DNA of 64,000 nt, from NCBI GenBank assembly GCA_965213675.1, contig OZ243916.1, positions 2,080,001 through 2,144,000 of the forward strand. The letters run 5' to 3'. The notes beneath the pieces were generated by a model. It was not told the DNA's origin. It ran no database searches and saw nothing but the letters and a program-made list of their open reading frames with translations. A program made the translations under genes and the position numbers. Numbering within the stretch: the stretch's first letter is position 1; each line of letters opens with the position of its first letter. Of the stretch, positions 1 to 9,764 are shown one piece after another. Origin of the DNA: an uncultured Candidatus Binatia bacterium. Its GTDB lineage: Bacteria; Desulfobacterota; Binatia; UBA9968; JAJDTQ01.

Positions 1-249
1 GGGCATGATGCCGAACTTCGTGGGCACGTCCGCGCCGGTGATGACCGCGTGGACGCCGGGCAGTTCCAGCGCCCGTTGCGCCGAGACCCCGTGCACCAAG
101 GCATGCGGATGCGGGCTCCGCAACAGACGGCAGAACAGCATGCGCGGCAGCGCCATGTCGTCGGCGTAGCGCGTGTCCCCCGCGCACTTGGCCGGGCCGT
201 CGATGCGCGGCAGCGGCTTGCCGATGACCGAGAACTCCGTTTTCTTCAT
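1..249 (-). CDS. Xanthine dehydrogenase-family molybdopterin-binding subunit, N-terminal part (runs off the window start); 4-hydroxybenzoyl-CoA reductase alpha-like
   Basis: Manual translation from ATG at 249: MKKTEFSVIGKPLPRIDGPAKCAGDTRYADDMALPRMLFCRLLRSPHPHA. Typical XdhB/CoxL N-terminus, downstream of a 2Fe-2S subunit gene. Confidence 0.88.
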   Translation of the reverse strand, partial: MKKTEFSVIGKPLPRIDGPAKCAGDTRYADDMALPRMLFCRLLRSPHPHALVHGVSAQRALELPGVHAVITGADVPTKFGIMP

Positions 250-536
250 GCCCGCGTCCCTTCCTCGCCCCGCATTCCCCCGGTTCTTTCGATGAGTACC
301 CGCATGGCGTCAGCCTGAGTGGCCAGCGACTGCATTGCTTCACGGTGACGCACATCCAGCGCCTGCATCGTTTCGCGGTGACGCGCATCCTCGCGCTTCT
401 CACGCTGGTCGCCAGCCCTGCGCATTTGCTGGAGGCCCCTCCACACGAGGATGACTCCCGTGATCCCGATGGCCAGTTGTCCGGCTCCGATGGCCAGTTG
501 TCCGGCGGCGAACCATTCCACCATTGTCATGTCCAT
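246..536 (-). CDS. Small single-TM/coiled-coil hypothetical protein
   Basis: 96-aa ORF with hydrophobic N-terminus (AGQLAIG x2) then a charged helix. GGAG upstream; ATGA overlap with the next gene. Confidence 0.65.
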   Translation of the reverse strand: MDMTMVEWFAAGQLAIGAGQLAIGITGVILVWRGLQQMRRAGDQREKREDARHRETMQALDVRHREAMQSLATQADAMRVLIERTGGMRGEEGTRA

Positions 537-557
537 CCCGACGCTTCTCCGGACCCC

Positions 558-1052
558 TTAACCGCGCATCGCCCCCACCGCCCGCTCCACCGCTTCGATG
601 ATCTTCGTGTATCCCGTGCAGCGGCACAGGTTGCCCGACAATGCCTCTTCGATGTCGGCGCGCTTGGGCTCCGGCTGCCTGTCCAGCAGCGCCTTGGCCG
701 CCAGCAGGATGCCGGGAATGCAGTAGCCGCATTGAGCCGCGCCCAAGTCCGAGAACGCCTCCTGCAAGGGGTGCGGCCGGCCTTGCCGGGCCAGCCCCTC
801 GACGGTGGTGATCTCCCGGCCCTCGGCCTCCAGCGCCAGCATCAGGCACGAGTAGACGGGCTCGCCGTCCACCAGCACCGTGCAGGCGCCGCATTCTCCC
901 AATTCGCAGCCGTGCTTGGTGCCGGTGAGGCCCAGATCCTCCCGGAGCACCTCCAGCAGGCTGTGGGCGATGTGGCCCGCCACCTCGTGCGGCTCGCCGT
1001 TGACCTGGAGCCGCATCAGACACTTGCCGGTAATGGTATCGCTGTCGGACAT
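558..1052 (-). CDS. (2Fe-2S)-binding subunit, CoxS/XdhC/HcrC family
   Basis: GTKHGCELGECGACTV, QCGYCIPG and GNLCRCTGY motifs. Alternative TTG start at 1064. Confidence 0.93.
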   Translation of the reverse strand: MSDSDTITGKCLMRLQVNGEPHEVAGHIAHSLLEVLREDLGLTGTKHGCELGECGACTVLVDGEPVYSCLMLALEAEGREITTVEGLARQGRPHPLQEAFSDLGAAQCGYCIPGILLAAKALLDRQPEPKRADIEEALSGNLCRCTGYTKIIEAVERAVGAMRG

Positions 1053-1060
1053 CGCGTAGC

Positions 1061-2302
1061 TCAACTTTGAAAGAACCTCCTGGCCTTCAATTCGAAGCGG
1101 GGCAGCGTCCCCGGCGCCACCACCACCACCTCCGGGCGCACATGCAGATTTTCCCGGATGGCCTCGGTGACGCGCGCCCCGAGCCCCGCCGGCGTCGCCG
1201 CCTCGCCCGGCTCCAACGTCACCTTCAACGCGGCCAGGCCCTCGGTCCGAACCACGTCCACGCGGAATTCCTCCACTTCCGCAAACCGCCGGACGATGTC
1301 CTCCAGCGCGCTCGGAAACACGTTGACGCCCCGCACCACCACCATATCATCCACACGCCCCAGAACACCCCCCTCCAGCACCAGCGAGTCGCGTCCGCAC
1401 GCGCAGCCGCGGCGCGGCTCCACCAGGTCGCCGGTGCGGTAGCGGATGACCGGGCTCCCGACCCGGCCCAGGTTGGTCAGCACCAGCTCGCCGCGGGCGC
1501 CGTCCGGCAGCCCCGCGCCGCTCTCCGGGTCCACCACCTCGGCGATGAACTCGTCCTCGTTGACATGCACGGCCCCGGGCCGGACGCCGCAGGCGAAACC
1601 GAAGGCGCCCACCTCGGTGGCGCCGGCGTGATCGAAACAGCGGGCGCCCCAAGCCTCCTCGATGCGCCGCCGGGTCGCCGCGATGCTCGCCCCGGGCTCC
1701 CCCGCGTGGACCGTGATGCGCACCGCCGACTCCCGCGCCAGGTCCAGGTCCGCCCGGCGCGCCTCCGCGGCCATGTGCAGCGCGTAGGTAGGCGTGCACA
1801 CCAGCACGGTGGCGCCGTATTCCACGAGGCTATTGAGCCGCTGCCGCGTGGACTGCCCGCCGCCGGAAATGGCCAGCGCGCCCAGCTTGCGCGCGCCCTC
1901 CCAACCGCTCCAGAATCCCACGAACGGCCCGAACGAAAACGGAAAGAATATGCGGTCGTCCGAGCGTGCTCCGGCCGCCTCCAGCACGGTCCTCCAGCAC
2001 TCGCCCCACCAATCCCACGACGCCTCGGTATCCAGCCAATACATGGGGCGCCCGGTGGTGCCCGAGGTCTGGTGCACGCGCACGTAGCGGTCCAGAGGAT
2101 ACGTCAGGCCGCTGCCGAACGGCGGATGGCGGCGTTGGTCGTCCACCAGCTCCTGCTTGGTCGTGAAGGGCCACTCCGAGATCTGGCGCAGCGCTTCCAG
2201 CGGCCGTTCGACGCACCCGGCGAGCTTGCGCCGGTAGAACGCGTTGGTCCGGAGGACCTCGTCGATCATGCCGTTGAGCCTGTCCAGCCGGTGGCATCCC
2301 AT
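1061..2302 (-). CDS. Phenylacetate-CoA ligase family (PaaK-like) AMP-forming enzyme
   Basis: PFTTKQEL, QTSGTTG, GATE, RYRTGD and GRVDDM..VRGVNVFPS motifs. Confidence 0.9.
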   Translation of the reverse strand: MGCHRLDRLNGMIDEVLRTNAFYRRKLAGCVERPLEALRQISEWPFTTKQELVDDQRRHPPFGSGLTYPLDRYVRVHQTSGTTGRPMYWLDTEASWDWWGECWRTVLEAAGARSDDRIFFPFSFGPFVGFWSGWEGARKLGALAISGGGQSTRQRLNSLVEYGATVLVCTPTYALHMAAEARRADLDLARESAVRITVHAGEPGASIAATRRRIEEAWGARCFDHAGATEVGAFGFACGVRPGAVHVNEDEFIAEVVDPESGAGLPDGARGELVLTNLGRVGSPVIRYRTGDLVEPRRGCACGRDSLVLEGGVLGRVDDMVVVRGVNVFPSALEDIVRRFAEVEEFRVDVVRTEGLAALKVTLEPGEAATPAGLGARVTEAIRENLHVRPEVVVVAPGTLPRFELKARRFFQS

Positions 2303-2578
2303 GTCCCGTCAACCTTGCCACGGAACCCCGGCCCGGCTCAACCAATGTCCAGGAATGCACCGCAAGGCATGGAACGCATCCGTGGCGATGACGTATCGCC
2401 AGGAAACCCACTGGCGTCATGTCATCGAATCCCTGACCGATGGTCCCTGGAATAGGGTGTCCGTCTGCACTATGGTACTTTGGTTTCGATTCCTGCTCCG
2501 CAAACCAAAAGACGTTCGGGCTGGTGGCGGACTGCCAGAAGCGGAACACGGGGAAGTGGCATCTGGAGGCATTTCGGG

Positions 2579-3505
2579 ATGGCCGACAAGCGTTGTTTCG
2601 TTCAATTTCCGCATCCTGGAGACGAGCACAAACCAGACCGCAATGGCAAGATCGGTTGGAACCAGAGGCGCTACGCTCACAAACGGAAGTTCATGCAGTT
2701 TCGTGGTGAGTGGATCGACGAGGACGGCGGCCGGCATCGTGGGGACCTGCGCGCGTGGGGCGAGTGGGAGCCCGAATCGGAGCTCATCCGCAGGCTCCAT
2801 CCCCCGAAGGGCAGTCCACGTCATCCCCGCTACCTTTGGAAACCGTATTGGGTTCCGAGGAGCAACTACGAGGGATTGCACGACACCGATCCATTCATCT
2901 TCGACAATGGCTTCCTTTATTCGAACTGCGGCCAGTCGGCCCCGAACAAGCGCGGGCTGAAGCGCCTTGCCGCAGGTTCCGTGATCGCCTTTGGAAGTTG
3001 CAAGAAGATCGACGGGACATGGAATTGGGTGCTCGATACCGTGTTGGTGGTCAGGAACAGTTGCCTGTACGAGCCGCGAGATCCACGGGAATCACTGGAG
3101 GGCAAGGTGTCTGACGCATTTCTGGATGTGACCGGCGGACCTTTGTCCGATAACGATGGGGAACCCTATTCTTCAGGGTATTGTGCCCCGACATCTGAAC
3201 CACTTCGGCTCTACCGGGGTGCGACACCCGACGATCCGGTGGACGGCATGTTCAGCTTCTTTCCCGCTATACCGGCTGATGGTGAATCGAGCTTCGCGCG
3301 GCCGGTCATCCAACTTTCGAGCGAACACCTCAATCCCGGAAATTTGCGGGCTCCCAAAGGGCACGGGCACAGTCGCCAGGCTCAAGAGTTGCGCGGCCTG
3401 TGGGACTCGCTCGTCAAACAGGTCCGCAAGAAACAACTCGTCCTGGGCACGCACGCTGCAATGCCGGAACCCAAGTCCGTTGGGCGCCAGTGTCGTGTCC
3501 CGTAA
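2579..3505 (+). CDS. Hypothetical protein with lower GC; weak resemblance to nucleotide-modification-associated domains
   Basis: ATG at 2579 with GGAGG upstream; motif TDPFIF..FLYSNCGQ...LAAGSVIAFGS. Stop codon lies inside the downstream repeat element. Confidence 0.7.
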   Translation: MADKRCFVQFPHPGDEHKPDRNGKIGWNQRRYAHKRKFMQFRGEWIDEDGGRHRGDLRAWGEWEPESELIRRLHPPKGSPRHPRYLWKPYWVPRSNYEGLHDTDPFIFDNGFLYSNCGQSAPNKRGLKRLAAGSVIAFGSCKKIDGTWNWVLDTVLVVRNSCLYEPRDPRESLEGKVSDAFLDVTGGPLSDNDGEPYSSGYCAPTSEPLRLYRGATPDDPVDGMFSFFPAIPADGESSFARPVIQLSSEHLNPGNLRAPKGHGHSRQAQELRGLWDSLVKQVRKKQLVLGTHAAMPEPKSVGRQCRVP

Positions 3506-3650
3506 ACAACTGCGACAAGTTGTGCAGGATTTTTGTTGTCGGCAAGGCGCGATGACGAGCAGTGGCGGTTACCACGCGAGGAAGAGCAACACAGCCGGCG
3601 GCGAATAAGGACAGCCAATTATCGCAGGAATTGGCGGGACACGACACCAG
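3487..3650 (+). mobile_element. Palindromic MITE-like element, family A, copy 1
   Basis: CCAG direct repeats flank 156 bp with TIR TGTCGTGTCCCG/CGGGACACGACA and core GGCAAGGCGCGATGACGAGCAGTGG..CCACGCGAGGAAGAGCAAC. Confidence 0.85.
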
Positions 3651-3714
3651 GCGCCTGCGCCGCAGGACGCATGGTGGCGAATCAAACGAAGGGAGTTGTT
3701 GCGCGGGAACCGCG

Positions 3715-3743
3715 TTGACAGCATTTGGCCGCTCTGGTAACGG
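3715..3743 (+). promoter_or_regulatory. Putative sigma70-type promoter of the VOC/IspH-like/UbiD cluster
   Basis: TTGACA, 17 nt, TAACGG, with a TG extended -10 motif. The -10 box is imperfect. Confidence 0.35.
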
Positions 3744-3821
3744 CGTGTCAGAGGTTGCGGCGGCGAAGACATGCTTCCGAAGTCATCCTGCAACCAACCC
3801 GCCGAAACGAGGAGGAAACCG

Positions 3822-4862
3822 ATGGAAGGACATGAACCGCGGGGCGTCGTGCATTGGATCGATCATTTTATCGTGGGCACCAACGACATGGTGAAATGGG
3901 TCGATTGGGCGGTGAACGCCACGGGCATCACCCGCAGGCCCATCGTCGGCATCACCACCACCGCGCGCAAGAAGGATGTCCCGATCATGTGCTTCCTGTG
4001 GTGGGATGGCGAGTCCTGCCGCATCGGCGCGTTCCTCCAACCCGAGGTCTACCCGCAGGCCAGGCCGCTGGGCGAGGAGTTGCCGCGGTGCGGCTTCTAC
4101 ATCCGGCCCGAGGATGTGGACCGGCACGTCAGGCGCCTCGACAGTCATGGAATTCCGCACACGGACCCGGTGCGGACCGCGGACGGCGGCGACGAGGGCA
4201 CGGTGATCTACTTCGCCGACCCCGACGGCAATCAGTTCGAGTTCTGGGCGCCGGAGCACATGCCCGAAGGCGCCATGGAAATGGCCACCACCGAGGGCGT
4301 GGGCCGCATCAGCCATGCCGTCTACGGTTCCCGGAACCTGGGCCGCACCGCCGACTTCTTCGGCAAGTATTGCGCCCTGGAGCCGGAAGTGAACCCCAAC
4401 GTGGCCGAGGGCAACCTGGTGCTGCGGCTGCACGCCGGCGGCCGGATCATCTACAAGCTCGTGGACCGGGTGGACGAACGCGTGGCCGGGCACGGTCCGT
4501 GGTGGGACATGCACACGGCGCTGACCGTGCGCGCCGATGAGTTCATGCCCAACTACCGGCGCATGTGGGAGACCCTGCCCGAGGAAGCCATGGCCAAGGA
4601 AGAAGACAGCCTGACCCTGGAGCAGGAGGACGCCCTGCCCGCCCGTACGGGCCTGCACCGGAGTCCGGTGGGCTACCGCTGGAAAGCCATGTTCGAGCGC
4701 GGCGACGAATTCTACGACTGGGACGGCCACGCATTCCATTTCTTCGGCGGCAAGCCCATTAAGGACGACGGTTCGCTGGCCCTGTACACCATCGTGGAGC
4801 AGCAAGAGTACCTCACCGAGGTGGCCGTGGAGGCCGGGAAGGCGCGGGCGGCCCACGGCTGA
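3822..4862 (+). CDS. Tandem VOC (glyoxalase/bleomycin resistance/extradiol dioxygenase) family protein
   Basis: GGAGG RBS; IDHFIV, IYFADPDGNQFEF, ISHAVY, MHTALTV and FYDWDGH motifs indicate two VOC domains. Confidence 0.82.
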   Translation: MEGHEPRGVVHWIDHFIVGTNDMVKWVDWAVNATGITRRPIVGITTTARKKDVPIMCFLWWDGESCRIGAFLQPEVYPQARPLGEELPRCGFYIRPEDVDRHVRRLDSHGIPHTDPVRTADGGDEGTVIYFADPDGNQFEFWAPEHMPEGAMEMATTEGVGRISHAVYGSRNLGRTADFFGKYCALEPEVNPNVAEGNLVLRLHAGGRIIYKLVDRVDERVAGHGPWWDMHTALTVRADEFMPNYRRMWETLPEEAMAKEEDSLTLEQEDALPARTGLHRSPVGYRWKAMFERGDEFYDWDGHAFHFFGGKPIKDDGSLALYTIVEQQEYLTEVAVEAGKARAAHG

Positions 4863-4987
4863 CGGCCATTTCACCCACGCTCAAGATCAGCCGCGGCCCA
4901 GTTTGGCCGTGGTCAAAGACGGCGCACAACCGGCCCGCACCCGTTTGCGACATCCGGCGACGCGTCCGGTTCAGCCAGGAGGCATTC

Positions 4988-5872
4988 ATGGAAGTGGTCA
5001 AGGTCGATTTCAGGGGCACCAAGGGTATTCCCCCCTCGGGGTTGTGCGTGGGCGTGCATCGTGCCGGGGCCGTGCACCAGAAGATGGTGGAGAAGTATGG
5101 CGACGGCATCGCCGTGTGGTCCCTGCGACCCGAGAACGACTTCATCGCGTTCAAATCGCTGGAAGACGAGGAGGGCATCCGCTCCACCAACGACATGGAC
5201 TCCATCAAGGATGAGAGACTCATCTATGGTGTGCGCGGCGCGCCTCCGGAAATTCGCAGGCAGGCCAGGGAGCAGGGGCTGGAGCTTCTGGCCGACGCCA
5301 CCTGCCCGTTCGTGGTGCAGCAGGAGGAGGCGGAGCTGGAGTTGCTGGAACAGGGTTGTCACCTCGTGATCCTGAGCAGCCGCACGCACCACGGCATCCC
5401 GCGCCTCATGGGCATCGCCAAGGAGAAGGAGCGGGAGGTGTTCATCGTCGAGACGGAAGCGGACGTGGCCGACATCCGCCTGACCCGCTTCGAGCCGGTG
5501 GGAGTCATCGTACAGACCACCTTCTGGATGGAGAGCTATACCGGGATCATGACCCGGATCCTCGAACGCTTCGCCAACGTGCGCATCCGCAACACCGCCT
5601 GCATCGACTCGCTGCAGCGCCTGCCCAAGGTGGAGGCGCTGGCGCGCGACGTGGAGGCGGTGGTCATCTTCGGCTGGACCGAGGGCATGACCAACCGCAT
5701 GGAGGAGGTGGCGCGGGCGTTCAACGACCATGTCCACCGCATCGAGAAGATCGACGACCTGGAGCGCTCGTGGTTCACGGGCAAGTCGCGGGTCGGCATC
5801 GTCGGCGCCAACGAGACCACCGACGAACTGGTGAACGAGGCCGTGGAACGCATCAAGTCCATGGCCGCCTGA
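4988..5872 (+). CDS. Divergent IspH/LytB-fold [4Fe-4S] protein
   Basis: AGGAGG RBS; GLCVGV.RA, DATCPFV, VQTT, NTAC and SWF.G..RVGI landmarks of IspH. Substrate-binding and catalytic motifs are altered. Confidence 0.85.
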   Translation: MEVVKVDFRGTKGIPPSGLCVGVHRAGAVHQKMVEKYGDGIAVWSLRPENDFIAFKSLEDEEGIRSTNDMDSIKDERLIYGVRGAPPEIRRQAREQGLELLADATCPFVVQQEEAELELLEQGCHLVILSSRTHHGIPRLMGIAKEKEREVFIVETEADVADIRLTRFEPVGVIVQTTFWMESYTGIMTRILERFANVRIRNTACIDSLQRLPKVEALARDVEAVVIFGWTEGMTNRMEEVARAFNDHVHRIEKIDDLERSWFTGKSRVGIVGANETTDELVNEAVERIKSMAA

Positions 5873-5916
5873 GGGCACAGCCGCCGGGAGAAACCCCACG
5901 CGGGAGGGAACCGCAC

Positions 5917-7383
5917 ATGTCGACGATCGAGACCATGGAAGCCAGACTCCCCTATCACGACCTCCGCGAGTGGATGGCCCGGGCCGACGCCTTGGGCGAG
6001 TTGCGCACTGTCACCGGCGCGAGCTGGGAAGAGGACATCGGGCTCGCCGCCGACGCGGTCATCCGCGTGGACGACGGCCCCGCGGTGCTGTTCGACGATA
6101 TTCCCGGATGCCCCAAGGGTTTCCGCGTGCTCATCAACGCGTTCGCCGGCAAGCGGCGGAACATGACCCTGGGGTTCCCGGAGCACCTCACCAAGCAGGA
6201 GCTGAGCCAGGCCTTCTTCGACCACTACATCAAGGTGCAGCGGCGCCTGCCCCACGTGGTGGTGGACGACGGACCGGTGTTCGAGAACATCCTTACCGGC
6301 GACGACATCGACGTCATGAAGTTCCCGACCCCCAAATGGCATCGGGACGATGGCGGCCGCTACATCGGCACGGGCTGCTTCTGCGTCACCATCGACCCGG
6401 AGGAGCGCTGGATCAACGTGGGCACCTACCGCGCCATGGTGCAGGATCCGAAGTCCGTGAGCCTGCTGTTCGTTCCGGGCAAACACGCCTACATGCACCG
6501 CAAGAAGTATTTCGACAAGGGACAACCCATGCCCGTGGCCCTGGTGGTGGGCAGCGACCCCATGTCGTTTTTCGTGGGCGGCACGGAGTTTCCCTACGGC
6601 GTGTGCGAGTTCGACGTGGTGGGGGGGTTGCGCGGCGCGCCCGTGGAGGTGGTGCGCGGCAAGGTGACGGGGCTGCCCATCCCGGCCAACGCGGAGATCG
6701 TGCTGGAGGGCTTCCTGACCCAGGACAAGCGCGCGGTGGAGGGCCCGTTCGGCGAGTGGACCGGCTACTATGCCGGCGGCGCCAGCGAACAGCCCACCCT
6801 CGACATCCGCGCCATCTACCACCGCAACGACCCCATCATCCTGGGCGTGCCGCCGCTGGGGGCCGGCTCCGACGAGATGGCGCGCTACCGCGCCATCATG
6901 CGCTCGGCCATGCTCAAGCACGAGTTGGTCAACGCCGGCGTTCCCGACGTCACCCAAGTGTGGTGCCACGAGGTCGGCGCCTCGCGCCTGCTGCACGGCA
7001 TCGGCATCAAACAGCGCTACCCCGGCCACGCGAGGCAGGCGGGCGTTCTGGCATCGTCGTGCGGCTCGGTGGTGTACGGCTGCAAGTTCGTCATCGTGGT
7101 GGACGACGACGTGGACGTGTCCAACCTGGATGAACTCATCTGGGCCATGCTCACTCGCACCGATCCCGAGACCTCCATCGAAATACTGCGAAAGATGCGC
7201 ACCTCCCCCGCCGACCCCCGGGTGACCCCGGACCAGCGCAAGGTCCAGGACCTCACCAATTCCCGCGTGGTGGTGGACGCCTGCCGTCCCTACGAGTGGT
7301 TCGACAAATACCCCAAGGTGAATGCGCCCGCCCCCGACGTGGTGCGCAAGGCGCGTGAGAAGTTCGGCTACCTGCTGGACTGA
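5917..7383 (+). CDS. UbiD-family prFMN-dependent (de)carboxylase
   Basis: DLREW, DGGRYIGT, NVGTYR, AEIVLEG, EGPFGEWTGYY and IVVDDDVD motifs; GGAGG RBS. Confidence 0.93.
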   Translation: MSTIETMEARLPYHDLREWMARADALGELRTVTGASWEEDIGLAADAVIRVDDGPAVLFDDIPGCPKGFRVLINAFAGKRRNMTLGFPEHLTKQELSQAFFDHYIKVQRRLPHVVVDDGPVFENILTGDDIDVMKFPTPKWHRDDGGRYIGTGCFCVTIDPEERWINVGTYRAMVQDPKSVSLLFVPGKHAYMHRKKYFDKGQPMPVALVVGSDPMSFFVGGTEFPYGVCEFDVVGGLRGAPVEVVRGKVTGLPIPANAEIVLEGFLTQDKRAVEGPFGEWTGYYAGGASEQPTLDIRAIYHRNDPIILGVPPLGAGSDEMARYRAIMRSAMLKHELVNAGVPDVTQVWCHEVGASRLLHGIGIKQRYPGHARQAGVLASSCGSVVYGCKFVIVVDDDVDVSNLDELIWAMLTRTDPETSIEILRKMRTSPADPRVTPDQRKVQDLTNSRVVVDACRPYEWFDKYPKVNAPAPDVVRKAREKFGYLLD

Positions 7384-7444
7384 ACGCCCGGCGCTGCCAA
7401 CGGCCCGTTCAGGGAACCCGTAGAAGCGCCATGGGAATCGATTC

Positions 7445-7993
7445 ATGACAACGGGCGCCGGACGTTTCGCACAAGCAGCCCTCATCGGGGACTCGGACGC
7501 CTCCGACCCGAACCTGGAGTTGGCCGAGCAGGCCGGCGAGTTGCTCGCGCGCCGCGGCGTGACGCTGGTCACTGGCGGCCGCGGCGGCGTCATGGAAGCG
7601 GCGTGTCGGGGCGCCGCCCGCGCTGGCGGCCTCACCGTCGGCATCATGCCTGGTTCGGACGCGCGTTCGGCCAACCCGTGGTGCGCTGTCGTCATCCCCA
7701 CCGGTCTGGGCCACGCGCGCAACGTGCTGACGGCGCTGGCCGGCGACTTCGTCGTGGCCGTGGGCGGCGGCGCCGGCACCCTTTCCGAACTGTGCTTCGG
7801 CTGGATCCACGGCCGGCCCCTCTACGTGCTTGGGGGATCCGGAGGATGGTCCGACCGGCTCGCAGGCGGCGACCTGGACCACCGCATGTCCTCGGTGATC
7901 GTCCGTTGCGACGGCATTCAGGCACTGGAACGCGAAGTCGTGCGCTTCTGTGCCACGAAGGGACTCCGTACCCGGGAGCCAGCGCCGGAATGA
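7445..7993 (+). CDS. LOG/TIGR00725-family (SLOG superfamily) protein
   Basis: GGRGGVMEAACRGA, IPTGLGHARN and GGGAGTLSE motifs. Confidence 0.88.
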   Translation: MTTGAGRFAQAALIGDSDASDPNLELAEQAGELLARRGVTLVTGGRGGVMEAACRGAARAGGLTVGIMPGSDARSANPWCAVVIPTGLGHARNVLTALAGDFVVAVGGGAGTLSELCFGWIHGRPLYVLGGSGGWSDRLAGGDLDHRMSSVIVRCDGIQALEREVVRFCATKGLRTREPAPE

Positions 7994-8048
7994 CCTGGGC
8001 GCTTGCGTCCCAAGCATCTCCTCGCTTTCAGATTCCGCAACATTGGGT

Positions 8049-8812
8049 TCACTGGGTGAGCTTGCGCTGCATCAGTCTGGCGGCGCAGGCCACCAGGACG
8101 GTGGAGAGGCCGAGGATGTAGGCGACGTCCCAGATGAGCGTGGCGGACGGCTGGCCCTGGAACGCGGCGCGGGCGAGGCGCACGGGGTGGAGCAGCGGCA
8201 GGCACTCGGCGACCCACAGCCAGGACGCGGACAGGCGTTCCTCCAGGGGAAAGAAGACCGACGAGAAGAGGAACAGCGGCGTCAGGAACAGGGTGAAGTA
8301 GAAGCTGTAGAGCTCGATGGTGCCAATGCGCAGGGTGAAGGCCAAGCCGATGGCGGAGAAGAGGAGGCCCGTGAGCGGTATCACCGGCAGCACCCAGAGG
8401 GCATGGGGCAGCGGCGCGAGCCCGGCCAGGGCCACGACGAGGGCGAAGCACAGCCCGTACATGCACGAACGCGTCATGGCCCAGAGCAACTCGCCGGCAA
8501 CCACGTCCACGGGCTGGATGGGGGTCGTGAGCATGGCGTCGTAGGCCTTCTCCATTTTCATGCGCACGTACACGTTGTAGGTCACCTCGAAACTGGCGCC
8601 GTTCATGGCGGCCACGCACACGAGCCCCGGAGCGAGGAACTGGATGTAGGAGGTGCCGCCCATGGTGGTGATGTAGGCGCCCAGGCCCACGCCAAGGGAA
8701 ACGAGGTAGAGCACCGGCTCGAAGAAGTTGGGCAGGAGGTTCCATTTCCAGGTGCGGCGGTACATGGCGGCGTTGCGCCGCCACACCGACAGAGCGTGCC
8801 GCCAGGACAGGT

Positions 8813-8816
<4 letters not shown>
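8049..8816 (-). CDS. ABC-2 type transporter permease (NodJ-like)
   Basis: GTG at 8816 overlaps the ATPase stop; VWRRN, EPVLYL, YIQFLAPG and LFSSVFFP motifs; multiple TM segments. Confidence 0.9.
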
Positions 8817-9736
<920 letters not shown>

Positions 9737-9764
9737 GCGCCGGCCGTGGGCATGGAGCGGCGCA

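Noticed and set aside
5356-5916. Apparent N-terminal extension of UbiD
   Set aside because: Out-of-frame overlap with the IspH-like gene; the real start is 5917 with an RBS.
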